From Acidobacteriaceae bacterium (GTDB lineage: Bacteria; Acidobacteriota; Terriglobia; Terriglobales; Acidobacteriaceae), in the NCBI GenBank assembly GCA_035550395.1, contig DASZPF010000034.1, positions 188 to 64,187 of the forward strand: a stretch of DNA of 64,000 nucleotides, written 5' to 3'. Below, in pieces: positions 50,252 through 59,762 of the stretch. Below the pieces are notes generated by a model. It had not been told where the DNA came from. It saw only the letters and a program-made list of their open reading frames with translations, and searched no databases. Both the position numbers and the translations under genes were made by a program. Each line of letters starts with the position of its first letter. Position 1 is the stretch's first letter.

Positions 50252-51328
50252 TTACGCCGCGGTCGCCTCCGCCTTCAGCTTCTCCGCCGTGTAGTACGCG
50301 ATCAGAGCGTCGATCGTCGGCTGCAGCTCGCCTTCCATGATCGCCCCCAGTTGGTGGCTGGTCAGCCCGATCCTGTGGTCCGTCATGCGGTTCTGGGGAA
50401 AGTTATAGGTGCGGATCTTCTCGCTACGGTCGCCCGATCCGATCTGCTGCTTGCGGTCCTTCGCCTGCTCCTGGTGAATCCGCTCCGCCTCCACCTCATA
50501 CAGCCGCGCGCGCAGCACGCGCATCGCCTTCTCGCGGTTCTTGATCTGCGACTTCTCGTCCTGGCAGCTCACCACCGTGTTCGTCGGCAGATGCGTAATC
50601 CGTACCGCTGAGTAGGTCGTATTCACGCTCTGTCCGCCCGGCCCGGACGAGCAGAACGTATCGATCCGCAGGTCTTTCTGCTCGATCTTGATGTCCACCT
50701 CTTCGGCCTCCGGCAGCACCGCCACCGTAATTGCCGAGGTATGCACCCGCCCCTGCGTCTCGGTCGCCGGCACGCGCTGCACGCGATGCACCCCGCTCTC
50801 GTACTTCAGTTGCGAGTACACCTTGTCGCCTTCGATGATCGCCGTCACGTCCTTCAGCCCATTGCCGATACCCGACGGCGTCTCCGACAGCACCTCCACC
50901 TTCCAGCGCTTGCTCTCGGCAAAGCGCATGTACATGCGGAAGATCTCGGCCACAAACAGGGCGGCCTCGTCGCCGCCGGTCCCGGCGCGCAGCTCCAGCA
51001 CCACATTCTTCTCGTCGTTGGGGTCCTTCGGCAGCAGCAGCACCTTTAGCTGCTCCTCGACCGGTCCCACCTTCGGCTCCAGCTCTTCCAGCTCCGCTTG
51101 GGCCATCTCGCGGATGCCTGCGTCGGAGTCGCCCAGCATCGCCTTGGCCTCTGCAATCCCGTCCTGGATCCTGCGGTACTCGCGATACTTCTCCACCACC
51201 GGCTCCAGGTCGCGATGCTGCTTCGCCGTCGCCTGGAACTTCTTCTGGTCGCTCAGCAGCGCTGGATCGCCCAGCTGCTGGCCCAGTTCCTCATAGCGCT
51301 CTTCGAGTTGGCCGAGACGCTCAAACAT
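50252..51328 (-). CDS. prfA: Peptide chain release factor 1
   Basis: [22 protein letters not shown]. Confidence 0.97.
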   Translation of the reverse strand: MFERLGQLEERYEELGQQLGDPALLSDQKKFQATAKQHRDLEPVVEKYREYRRIQDGIAEAKAMLGDSDAGIREMAQAELEELEPKVGPVEEQLKVLLLPKDPNDEKNVVLELRAGTGGDEAALFVAEIFRMYMRFAESKRWKVEVLSETPSGIGNGLKDVTAIIEGDKVYSQLKYESGVHRVQRVPATETQGRVHTSAITVAVLPEAEEVDIKIEQKDLRIDTFCSSGPGGQSVNTTYSAVRITHLPTNTVVSCQDEKSQIKNREKAMRVLRARLYEVEAERIHQEQAKDRKQQIGSGDRSEKIRTYNFPQNRMTDHRIGLTSHQLGAIMEGELQPTIDALIAYYTAEKLKAEATAA

Positions 51329-51417
51329 GGTTCCCTCTCCTTACTCTCTTCGACCGGATTCCTGCTCCAGCATTCCACGCAAAGCTGCAGAAGTTTGCTT
51401 CGCATTCCGGTCTTGTT

Positions 51418-51480
51418 AAGGGCACGGCTTGAGCCGTGCCGTAAAGCTGTTCTCTTTCAACGGGGCTTTAGCCCCTGGGG
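51418..51480. repeat. Two-hairpin REP-like element (GGCACGGCT-TG-AGCCGTGCC ... GGGGCT-TT-AGCCCC)
   Basis: Same architecture as 60678-60744. Confidence 0.7.
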
Positions 51481-51620
51481 TCGTTCCTGATTGGTCAATT
51501 TGGAAATGCGCGCACAGCGGCGGAAAACACGCAGGCGCAGCTAGGCAAAATCGTGGCGGTGGGGTACCGCCCGGCGGCTGAGGCTCGAAGCTCGAAGCAC
51601 GCAGGCCATGTCCTTAAGAT

Positions 51621-51648
51621 GATACCGCGCCCCAAAGGACGCGGCATC
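51621..51648 (-). terminator. Putative terminator hairpin downstream of the 52199-51681 gene
   Basis: GATGCCGCGTCC/GGGCGCGGTATC stem with G-U pairs on the minus strand. Confidence 0.45.
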
Positions 51649-51680
51649 AGAACAAGCGCTGCGAATCCGCCCCGCAAACA

Positions 51681-52199
51681 TCAATACGGGTGCGGATTGG
51701 CCGAGCGCGGGACATCGTCTGCGCCCGCGGTTCCGGAGCTTGGCGTCTGCCTGGGGTGTCTCCCCAGAAACTCCTGTGGACTCTCCGTGTCCAGTAGGCC
51801 ATTGTGCCGATAGTAGACAAAGGACTTCTCCGCGATCTTGAAGTCGCAGGCATGGAACTTGTCCGGGTTTTCTCCGATCTCCCCGAAGATCACCTCAATC
51901 TCCTGGCCCTGCTTTTTCCACTTCGCCGGATACGCCTCCTCGCCGCTGGAGGCCATCAGGTGGTCCGCGCAGTCATACGTGTACTCCACGCCATGCGGGG
52001 TTCCCTGCTCATCAAACAGGTTCGCTCGCCCGAATCCGTGGTAACCCCAGCCATTGTGGCTCCAGTTGGTGCCGTAAATGTGCAGTCTGAGCGTGTAGTC
52101 GGCCAGGTTTCTCTTGGCCCCTGCAACGGCTGGAAGGCAAAGAACTACGGCAATTATTGCCAGGAGCGGAGCAAACCGCTTAACTTTCGTGGCGAGCAT
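51681..52199 (-). CDS. Hypothetical secreted protein
   Basis: Signal peptide MLATKVKRF...AVAG; AAGAGG before ATG 52199. Confidence 0.7.
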   Translation of the reverse strand: MLATKVKRFAPLLAIIAVVLCLPAVAGAKRNLADYTLRLHIYGTNWSHNGWGYHGFGRANLFDEQGTPHGVEYTYDCADHLMASSGEEAYPAKWKKQGQEIEVIFGEIGENPDKFHACDFKIAEKSFVYYRHNGLLDTESPQEFLGRHPRQTPSSGTAGADDVPRSANPHPY

Positions 52200-52318
52200 C
52201 GTAACCTCTTGGTCAGGCAGATATATAGAAATTCGGGGACCATCGATGAGGACGCCGCATTTCGGAAAAAGTTGCAGCGTTTTTACCAAAAGTTCCTGAG
52301 AACAGTGGGAGCCGGCTT

Positions 52319-54292
52319 TTGGCCCAGTTCGCCCAGCTCGCCGCACTTGCGGAACAGATGGCTGCCACCTCCAGCCGCCTCAAGAAGCGCGCCGCCATCG
52401 CCGAGGCCCTCCGCGCCGTCCATGCCGCCGCTCCGGATTCCCCCGACGCCGGTCTTCTAGCCCTCTACCTCTCCGGCTCGCCCTTCCCTCAGGCCGATCC
52501 CCGCAAGCTCTCTGCCGGAGGTGCCCTCCTCACAAAGGCAGTCCTCGCCGTCTCCGGCGCCACTCAACCCGCCCTGACCGCCGCTTACCGTCGCCACGGC
52601 GACCTCGGCGCCGCCGCCTTCGACCTCTTCCAGGAGAGGCCCGCCCGCGAACCCGCGCCCTCCAACGCTCCCCTCACCCTCGCCGACATCGCCGAAGTCT
52701 TCGCCGCCATGGCCGCCGCCCGCACCACCGCTACCCGCGCCGCGCTGGTCGAAGGCCTCCTCAGCCGTGCCACCCCGCTTGAGGCAAAATACCTCCTCAA
52801 GCTCATGCTCGGAGACATGCGCATCGGCGTAAAGCAATCTCTCGTCGAGGAAGCCATCGCCGAAGCCGCCTCAACGCCGGATCATCCAGTACCCCCTGCA
52901 TCCATCCGCCACGCCGTCATGCTCGAGGCCGACCTCGCCTCCGCCGTCCGCCGCGCCTTCGCCGGTACCCTCGACCAGGCCCGCCTCACGCTCTTCCACC
53001 CGCTCGGCTTCATGCTCGCCTCGCCCGTCGACTCTCCCGAAGAAGCGGTCGTGCGCTTCACCGCCGCCGCGCAGCCGCAAGCCAAAGACCATCGACCATC
53101 AACTAACAGCTCGCCTCACATCCACGCCTTCCTTGAAGACAAGTACGACGGCATGCGCATTCAGCTCCACTGCTGCGATCCCGCGCACTCCGGCCGCGTC
53201 GCTCTCTACTCGCGCAACCGCGAGGACGTCACCGAAAGCTTCCCGGAGCTCGCCGAAGCCTTTGCCGCAGCCGCCGCCGAAATCTCCAACCTCCCCGGCC
53301 CGCTGATTTTTGACGGCGAGGTCCTCGGCTGGAACTACAGCTCCGGTACAGAGGACGAGGAGGAGACAGCCCACGCCTTGCCCTTCGCCGTCCTTGGCCA
53401 GCGTATCGGTCGCAAGCGCGTCGAGAACGACTGGCGCGCTCGCGTCCCTGTCATCTTCATGGCCTTCGACCTCCTCTGCGACCGCGGAGAGCTCATCCTT
53501 CATCTCCCCCTGCGCGAACGCCGCTCCCGCCTTGAGGCCACCGTCGAATCCCTCGCCTCGCATGCTCTCGCTCCGCTCGAACTCGATCCGCATGCCAACG
53601 CACCGCAAGCCTCCCTCTTCGGCACCAATATGGGTGCCCCACATCTCGATTCTGAGATGTGGGATCGCAATCCCCTCCCCCGCCTCTTCCTCTCGCCCTC
53701 GCGTCTCGTCGTGAGTGCCGAGGACATCGACCTCGCCTATGCCGCCGCGCGTGCTCGTGGCAACGAGGGCGTCATGATCAAGGCCGCTGACTCCACCTAC
53801 CAGCCCGGCCGCCGCGGCCTCGCCTGGCTCAAGCTCAAGCGCGAGCTTGCCACCCTCGATGTCGTCATCACCGGCGCTGAGTTCGGCCATGGCAAGCGCG
53901 CCGGCATCCTCAGCGACTACACCTTCGCCGTGCGCGGTCCAAACTTCGCACGCACCGGTGAGCTCCTCAACGTCGGCAAAGCCTACTCCGGCCTCACCGA
54001 CGCAGAGATCGCCGAGCTCACCATCTTCCTCAAAGAGCACACCCTTGAGGACCACGGCCACTTCCGCACCGTCGAACCGCTCATCGTTCTCGAGGTCGCC
54101 TTCAACAACATCATGCGCAGCGGCCGCCACTCCTCCGGCTTCGCCCTTCGCTTCCCGCGCATCGTGCGCCTGCGCCCGGACAAGCCCATCGCCGAGATCG
54201 ACACTCTCTCCCGCGTTGAAGAGGTCTACCAGTCGCAGGTCGACAAACCGAACTCCGCCACGGACGAGCCATCAGAGTCTTCCAAGCTCTAA
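52319..54292 (+). CDS. ATP-dependent DNA ligase (LigB-like)
   Basis: EDKYDG, DGE, AFDLL, EGVMIK, WLKLK, LRFPR. Confidence 0.93.
   Translation: MAQFAQLAALAEQMAATSSRLKKRAAIAEALRAVHAAAPDSPDAGLLALYLSGSPFPQADPRKLSAGGALLTKAVLAVSGATQPALTAAYRRHGDLGAAAFDLFQERPAREPAPSNAPLTLADIAEVFAAMAAARTTATRAALVEGLLSRATPLEAKYLLKLMLGDMRIGVKQSLVEEAIAEAASTPDHPVPPASIRHAVMLEADLASAVRRAFAGTLDQARLTLFHPLGFMLASPVDSPEEAVVRFTAAAQPQAKDHRPSTNSSPHIHAFLEDKYDGMRIQLHCCDPAHSGRVALYSRNREDVTESFPELAEAFAAAAAEISNLPGPLIFDGEVLGWNYSSGTEDEEETAHALPFAVLGQRIGRKRVENDWRARVPVIFMAFDLLCDRGELILHLPLRERRSRLEATVESLASHALAPLELDPHANAPQASLFGTNMGAPHLDSEMWDRNPLPRLFLSPSRLVVSAEDIDLAYAAARARGNEGVMIKAADSTYQPGRRGLAWLKLKRELATLDVVITGAEFGHGKRAGILSDYTFAVRGPNFARTGELLNVGKAYSGLTDAEIAELTIFLKEHTLEDHGHFRTVEPLIVLEVAFNNIMRSGRHSSGFALRFPRIVRLRPDKPIAEIDTLSRVEEVYQSQVDKPNSATDEPSESSKL
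53632..53663. repeat. REP-like palindrome inside the ligase CDS
   Basis: GGGTGCCCCACATCTC-GATTCT-GAGATGTGGG; near copy at 60604-60632. Confidence 0.75.
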
Positions 54293-54320
54293 GCTGAGCA
54301 GCTTTCAGCTTAGAGCTCGA
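54285..54320. terminator. AGCTnnn heptamer-built hairpin between convergent genes
   Basis: 13-bp perfect stem AGCTCTAAGCTGA/TCAGCTTAGAGCT. Confidence 0.6.
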
Positions 54321-54341
54321 GAAACATGCCTTCTGCGAAAC

Positions 54342-55079
54342 TCATCGCATCGCCGCCGCCGTAATGTTCACGCTGACCGAAAGCTGCTGCTCGCCCGATG
54401 CTGCCTGCATTGCAACCGGAGCAGCCGCCTTCATTGCAAGTCCACCCATAAATCCGCCCGCCCGCACCGGCTGAAACACCCCGTTGTCGACATTGATGTC
54501 CCGCACCGACACCACGTGCATCCCTGCCGCCTGCGCAATCGCATTCGCCTGCGCCACCGCCGTCTTCGTCGCCTCCTGCGACAGCCTCTGCCTCGCCTCG
54601 CTGATCTCCTGCTCCGTCGGCGTAAACGTCGTCCCTTCGATCTCGTTCGCCCCGTTCGTCAACACGCCCGCCAGAATGTCCGGGGCCTTCTCCGGCGTCG
54701 TCCGGAAGCTCACCTGCTCGCTGCCGTTGTAACCCACCGTCTTGTCGGGCCCGTTCTTCTGCGAGCGGATGTCCGGCGAAAAATTGATGTTCGTCGTAAT
54801 CAGCCGCTCGGCCTTCTGTCCCTTCAAATACGCCAGAAGCCCATTTGCCTGCGTCGCCAGCACGCGCTGCACATCGGCCAGGTCCTTGCCGGAGGCATTC
54901 ACCGCCACCGTCACATCCACTGCCGTATTCGGAATCCGCGTCTCGCTCGTCGCGCGCGTTGTAATCAGCGTGGCACAGCTCGCCGGCATCGTCGCACACG
55001 GATCCGCAGTCTGAGCAGCAGCAGCAGCCATTGGCACAGAACACACCAGCATAGCGATAACAATTCGAGCGTTCATCAT
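54342..55079 (-). CDS. SIMPL (DUF541) periplasmic protein
   Basis: Signal peptide; T..I.FSP, A...A..QA..IAQAAG, C-terminal SGEQ..SVSVN. Confidence 0.85.
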   Translation of the reverse strand: MMNARIVIAMLVCSVPMAAAAAQTADPCATMPASCATLITTRATSETRIPNTAVDVTVAVNASGKDLADVQRVLATQANGLLAYLKGQKAERLITTNINFSPDIRSQKNGPDKTVGYNGSEQVSFRTTPEKAPDILAGVLTNGANEIEGTTFTPTEQEISEARQRLSQEATKTAVAQANAIAQAAGMHVVSVRDINVDNGVFQPVRAGGFMGGLAMKAAAPVAMQAASGEQQLSVSVNITAAAMR

Positions 55080-55196
55080 CTCCCTCGCACTATGAAGTTC
55101 AGGTTAAACACCCTCACCCGCCTCCACCCTACAATAGACACTCAGGCGTTGGACGTTGTTCCCAAAATTTCGCTCTAACCTGTTCACGGAGATCCG

Positions 55197-56234
55197 ATGG
55201 AATACAGATATCTTGGCAAATCCGGCCTGCGCGTGCCCGAGCTCTGCTTCGGCTGCGGCACCTTCGGCGGCAACGATGAGTTCTTCGACGCCTGGGGCGC
55301 GACCCAGGACATTAACGCGGCCCGCAAGATGGTCGACATCTGCATGGAAGCCGGCCTCAACTTCTTTGACACCGCCGACATCTACTCCTTCGGCCGCAGC
55401 GAGACCGTCCTTGGCAAGGCCATCGATCATCTCAAGCGCGAAGATGTCCTCATCTCCACCAAGGCCACCTTCCGCTATGGCCAGGGCATCAACGACGTCG
55501 GCTCCTCCCGCCACCACCTCATCCGCGCGCTTGAGGGCTCGCTTCAGCGCCTCGGTACGGACTACGTCGACGTCTACCACATGCATGAGATCGATTCCAT
55601 GACCCCCGTCGAGGAGACGTTATCCACCCTCGACACCTTCGTCCGCTCCGGCAAGGTCCGTTACATCGCCTGCTCCAACTACACCGGCTGGCTTTTGATG
55701 AAGTCCCTCTCCGTCAGCGAGCGCTATGGCTGGAGCCGCTTCGTCGGTCACCAGGTCTATTACTCTCTCGTCGGCCGCGAATACGAGTGGGAGCTGATGC
55801 CGCTCGCACTTGACCAGGGCGTCGGCGCGCTCATCTGGTCGCCCCTCGGCTGGGGCCGCCTCACCGGCAAGATCCGCCGCTCCACCGGCATCCCCGCGGA
55901 GAGCCGCCTCAACTCCAAGCTCGTTGTGGACAGCGGCCCCCAGGTGCCGGAAGAGTACCTCTACAAGGTCGTCGATGCCCTCGATGAGGTCGCCGCCGAG
56001 ACCGGCAAGACCGTCCCGCAGATCGCGCTCAACTGGCTGCTCCGCCGGCCCACCGTCTCTACCCTCGTCATCGGCGCGCGCAACGAGCAGCAGCTACGCC
56101 AGAACCTCGGGGCCACTGGCTGGTCGCTCACGCCGCAGCAGGTCGCCAGACTCGACGCCGCCAGCGATCTGCCCCTCGGCTACCCCTACTGGCATAACCG
56201 CCAGTTTGAGGAGCGCAACCCGAAGCTGTTTTAA
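55197..56234 (+). CDS. Aldo/keto reductase
   Basis: LGKSGL, FDTADIY, STK, SLQRLGTDYVD, GKVRYI..SN. Confidence 0.95.
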   Translation: MEYRYLGKSGLRVPELCFGCGTFGGNDEFFDAWGATQDINAARKMVDICMEAGLNFFDTADIYSFGRSETVLGKAIDHLKREDVLISTKATFRYGQGINDVGSSRHHLIRALEGSLQRLGTDYVDVYHMHEIDSMTPVEETLSTLDTFVRSGKVRYIACSNYTGWLLMKSLSVSERYGWSRFVGHQVYYSLVGREYEWELMPLALDQGVGALIWSPLGWGRLTGKIRRSTGIPAESRLNSKLVVDSGPQVPEEYLYKVVDALDEVAAETGKTVPQIALNWLLRRPTVSTLVIGARNEQQLRQNLGATGWSLTPQQVARLDAASDLPLGYPYWHNRQFEERNPKLF

Positions 56235-56392
56235 ACAGGATGCCGCCGGGTACCATTCCCGGCGGCCGCTCCGCCCGTCTCCGTCCTTTTTTCTCTGCGC
56301 GGGCATCTCACAATGAGAAGATGGGTGGCGCGGACATCCTCTGCGCTGCAAACCAGAGTTCACGCATCATGGATGCAAGGGACCAACTTAGA

Positions 56393-56989
56393 ATGAATTA
56401 CCGTAAGCTCTCTGCGGCGCTTCTCTTCGCCGCTTCTCTCCCGGCCACAACGGCTCTTTCGCAGCAGGCGCTGCCCACCGCCACGCGAACGCTGCAGCTA
56501 TCGGCCTTTGGCGCGGTCGCTGGCGTGTACACCGGCCTCAGCGGCGGTAAGAACTTCGCCGTCGTCGCCGGCGTCGACCTCGGCCTGCCTCCCTGGCGCA
56601 TGATGCGCCCCGTGATTGAGGTCCGGGGCCTCTACCCCACCGATCACGGCGTCATCGACTCGCAGAAATCGATCCTCGCCGGGTTGCGCACGGACTTCCT
56701 GCTCAACCACCGCCTGCGCCCCTACGGCGACTTCCTGCTCGGCCGCGGCCAGATGAACTACGACGGCGGATATCTCTTCGGCAATGCCATCTATCTGCAG
56801 ACCACCACTCCCGTCTACTCCCCGGGAGGCGGCTTCGACTACGATCTCAGCCAGCATCTCTCCGTCAAAGTTGACGCGCAGGTCCAGCACTGGGGCTTCG
56901 CCCCCACGCCCTCTGGACACATCTGGTCCAAGGTCGGCACCGTCGGCCTCGTCTACCGCTTCACCTTCGGCCCACGCAACCTGCCCTAG
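56393..56989 (+). CDS. Small outer-membrane beta-barrel protein
   Basis: Signal peptide; PY...LLGRG, GGGFDY, C-terminal GLVYRF. Confidence 0.75.
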   Translation: MNYRKLSAALLFAASLPATTALSQQALPTATRTLQLSAFGAVAGVYTGLSGGKNFAVVAGVDLGLPPWRMMRPVIEVRGLYPTDHGVIDSQKSILAGLRTDFLLNHRLRPYGDFLLGRGQMNYDGGYLFGNAIYLQTTTPVYSPGGGFDYDLSQHLSVKVDAQVQHWGFAPTPSGHIWSKVGTVGLVYRFTFGPRNLP

Positions 56990-56992
56990 CTG

Positions 56993-57024
56993 CCTAGCAC
57001 CTAGCACCTAGCACCTAGCACCTA
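56993..57024. repeat. Tandem heptamer (CCTAGCA)x4.5
   Basis: Same unit as 44816-44885. Confidence 0.95.
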
Positions 57025-57813
57025 CAGATTGAACAGCTCCCGCAATCTCTTCGTCTGGGCCCGGCTCACCGGAATCTCCGTCTTCTTCGGATCGTCCATC
57101 CGCAGTTGATAGCTGCTCTTAAACCAAGGCACCACCTCGCGGATGTGCTGGATGTTCACCACGAACGACCGGTGCGCCCGCCAGAACGCCTCCGGATCGA
57201 GCTGATCCATCAGCTCCTCCAGCGTCCTGCAGTTCGACTGCCCCTCTACCCCGCGCGTCGCCACCGTAATCGCCCCACCCTCGATCGAGGCATAGCAGAT
57301 CTCTTTCTGGTCCACCAGCAGCAGCCGCCCCGCCGCCCGCACCACTACCTTGCCCGAGTTCGTCTTCGCCGGCGTCGTCCGCTCCTCCACCAGCTTCAGC
57401 AGCGCATCCAGCTTGGCCTCGCCTGCCGCCTCGCCGCCGTTGCCCGCCAGCCGCGCCCGCACCTTGTCCAGGGTCTTCAGCACTCGCTTCCGGTCGAAGG
57501 GCTTCAGCAGGTAGTCCACCGCGTTCACCTCGAACGCGCGCACCGCGTACTGGTCGAACGCCGTCGCAAACACCACCTGCGGCGTCTCAGCCTTCTTGTC
57601 CAGCAGCTTTTTCAGCACCGCAAAGCCGTCCAGCCCCGGCATCTGCACATCCAGAAACACCACATCCGGCCGGTGCTCGCGGATCAGCTCCACGGCCTCA
57701 ATGCCGTTCGAGCCCTGCGCAACCACCTCCACGCCCTCCGCCGACTGCAGTTGGTACAACAGCTCCTGCCGGGCCAGCGGCTCATCATCGACGATGACAG
57801 CGGTAAGTGCCAC
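57022..57813 (-). CDS. LytTR family response regulator
   Basis: VDDE, FLDVQMPGLDG, ATAF, LLKP, RAHRSFVVN, PVSR. Confidence 0.95.
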   Translation of the reverse strand: MALTAVIVDDEPLARQELLYQLQSAEGVEVVAQGSNGIEAVELIREHRPDVVFLDVQMPGLDGFAVLKKLLDKKAETPQVVFATAFDQYAVRAFEVNAVDYLLKPFDRKRVLKTLDKVRARLAGNGGEAAGEAKLDALLKLVEERTTPAKTNSGKVVVRAAGRLLLVDQKEICYASIEGGAITVATRGVEGQSNCRTLEELMDQLDPEAFWRAHRSFVVNIQHIREVVPWFKSSYQLRMDDPKKTEIPVSRAQTKRLRELFNL

Positions 57814-57957
57814 AAAAGCGATGCTATCGCATTTCGCGCTTCTTCGGCCTTACCTGCTCATGTCGGAGGATCGGCCGTCTCGGCCGTACGTATCGGAAGC
57901 CTACGAATCGCGTCGCTGGACTGCAGACCTGCTGATCTGACTGGCTGACCTGGCGTG

Positions 57958-58530
57958 CTAGTCGCTGTAGGCCCGCAGCCGCGCCGGCACTGAGTCCTCG
58001 GCGATATTGTGGCCGCACTGCGTGCAGTAGGCATCCGTAATCTGAACGCCGCGGAAGCACTGTCCGCACACCGGCGCCATCTGGAAGCGGCACTGCGGGC
58101 AGAAGTGAACGCCGGCCATCAGCTCTGTAGTGCAGTTCGGGCAGCGGACCATGATCGGCTGCCGCAGCAGGAAGTACACAACTCCCCCGATACCGCCGGG
58201 CATTACCGCCACAATCAGCATCCACAACGCCACCGGCATTCCGCGCCGGCGCACATCGCGGCTCACGTACCCAAGCAGCAGAATGTAGCTGGCCAGCGCC
58301 GTGACCATGGTGTAGATGAAGATCCAGTGCGACGTCATCCAGCCCGGACGGCGATGGCTCGGCGGCGGTAGATGCTGATTGAAGTAGACCAGTGCGCCGG
58401 CCGAAACGATCACAGCCAGCACCACGGACCACAGCGGAATCATCTTCAGCCCGTCGCGGTCACGATGCGGCTGTCCCTCCGGCGCGCTGCCGGACTGCGC
58501 GCCGCCGGACTGTAGATTCCATGCGCTCAT
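57958..58530 (-). CDS. Membrane protein with C-terminal double zinc ribbon
   Basis: TM helices, D..RRGM...LW motif, CPNC/CPQC/CGQC/CTQC. Confidence 0.8.
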   Translation of the reverse strand: MSAWNLQSGGAQSGSAPEGQPHRDRDGLKMIPLWSVVLAVIVSAGALVYFNQHLPPPSHRRPGWMTSHWIFIYTMVTALASYILLLGYVSRDVRRRGMPVALWMLIVAVMPGGIGGVVYFLLRQPIMVRCPNCTTELMAGVHFCPQCRFQMAPVCGQCFRGVQITDAYCTQCGHNIAEDSVPARLRAYSD

Positions 58531-58940
58531 CTTGTGCTCTCACTCTCGCGGCTGCGTATGTGCCGCACCCACACGGCAACCAGTACGATCAGCGTCAGCG
58601 GCACAAACCAGAGCATCGCCACCACAAGATGATTGTTCGTGTCCGAGCTCGCCAGCGAGGCCACGTCCTGGATCGCTTCGGCGGCGTCCGTGCTCTGGTA
58701 CATCCCGCTCCAGATCGCGAAAACCGCCAGCGTCAGCAGGATGGAGCAAAGGCCCATCGGCAGCAGCAGGCTGCGCATATAGCTGCGCTGCGCCTGCATT
58801 ACGCTGGCCCGGTGACGCACCACGCGGTGGGTGCGGTTCACCAGCGCCGCAGGGGCCGCCGCATCCATCGCAAATGCCGCGCGGGTCATCGTCGCCTGCT
58901 CTTCGATTCCTGTGTTGCAGTGGGAGCGGTAGGGGCTCAT
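58527..58940 (-). CDS. Hypothetical 2-TM protein, putative anti-sigma factor
   Basis: ATGA-coupled to the ECF sigma gene and the zinc-ribbon gene. Confidence 0.6.
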   Translation of the reverse strand: MSPYRSHCNTGIEEQATMTRAAFAMDAAAPAALVNRTHRVVRHRASVMQAQRSYMRSLLLPMGLCSILLTLAVFAIWSGMYQSTDAAEAIQDVASLASSDTNNHLVVAMLWFVPLTLIVLVAVWVRHIRSRESESTR

Positions 58941-59566
58941 CGCGCCTCCGCAGCGCGCGCGGCGCGCAGATGCTCGATCTCCGGCTTCAGTGCCGCCAGC
59001 CCGCGGTAGAGCCTCGATTTCACGGTCGAGAGCGGTGCGCGCGTCACACCTGCAATCTCCTCCAGGGATAGCTCCTCGTGAAAGCGGAGCAGAAGCACCT
59101 CGCGATAGCTCGGCTCCAGCTTCAGCAATACCTCGGCCACCTCGGCACGGTCTTCGCCCAGCTGGAACTGCTCATGCGGCGAAGGTCCATCGGTGGCAAT
59201 CTCAAATGCGCGGCCGTCCTCGGCCACCTCGCTCATCTCGTCCAGCGAGGCCATCGTCCGCTTGCGCGAGAGGTCGATCACCAGATTGCGGGCGATGGTA
59301 AACAGCCAGGTGTCGAAGCGCGCCTTGCCGTTGTACTGGCTGCCCCGCAGCAGAACCCGCATCCAGGTCTCCTGGAAGAGGTCCTCGGCCACCTCGCGCT
59401 TGCCGGTCAGGAACAACAGGTAGCGCAACAGCCGGTGCTGGTACAGCTCGATCAGGTGGTCCAGCAGCTCCGGATCCTGGTTCTTCAGGCCACGGGCAAT
59501 TGCTGCGTTCTCCCGCTGGTTCTGCTCCGCCTGCTCTAAAGGAATCGCGATCGCTGCGCCACGCAT
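58937..59566 (-). CDS. ECF RNA polymerase sigma factor
   Basis: AEDLFQETW, FDTWLFTIARN, LSLEEIA, TVKSRLYRG. Confidence 0.93.
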   Translation of the reverse strand: MRGAAIAIPLEQAEQNQRENAAIARGLKNQDPELLDHLIELYQHRLLRYLLFLTGKREVAEDLFQETWMRVLLRGSQYNGKARFDTWLFTIARNLVIDLSRKRTMASLDEMSEVAEDGRAFEIATDGPSPHEQFQLGEDRAEVAEVLLKLEPSYREVLLLRFHEELSLEEIAGVTRAPLSTVKSRLYRGLAALKPEIEHLRAARAAEAR

Positions 59567-59573
59567 ACCGGTA

Positions 59574-59601
59574 AAGACGGCACCTTGGCCGGAAAAGTCT
59601 C
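59574..59601 (-). promoter_or_regulatory. Putative autoregulatory ECF promoter GAGACT-N16-CGTCTT
   Basis: ECF-like -35/-10 ending 7 nt before the sigma ATG. Confidence 0.5.
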
Positions 59602-59762
59602 GGTCTGGGCCACTTATTTCACTTCGACGCCAGAAACCCATCCGCAGCTCCCTCCAGGGAGAAGAAGATCGCGACCAGAATGCCAGGGGAAATCGCTCTA
59701 CAGCCATTCTACGGGCACCTCTTGGCTTTTTGCCAGAAGATTCAGCAACGTACACTCTCTTT

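Noticed and set aside
51495-51677. 60-aa - ORF upstream of prfA
   Set aside because: Runs through a terminator-like hairpin and heptamer repeats; no recognisable protein features
6430-54292. PolX plus ATP-dependent ligase as a dedicated repair module
   Set aside because: 44 kb apart, with no Ku or linked nuclease in the window
54310-55044. 244-aa Cys/Gly-rich - ORF
   Set aside because: Alternative frame of the SIMPL gene, which has a signal peptide and family motifs
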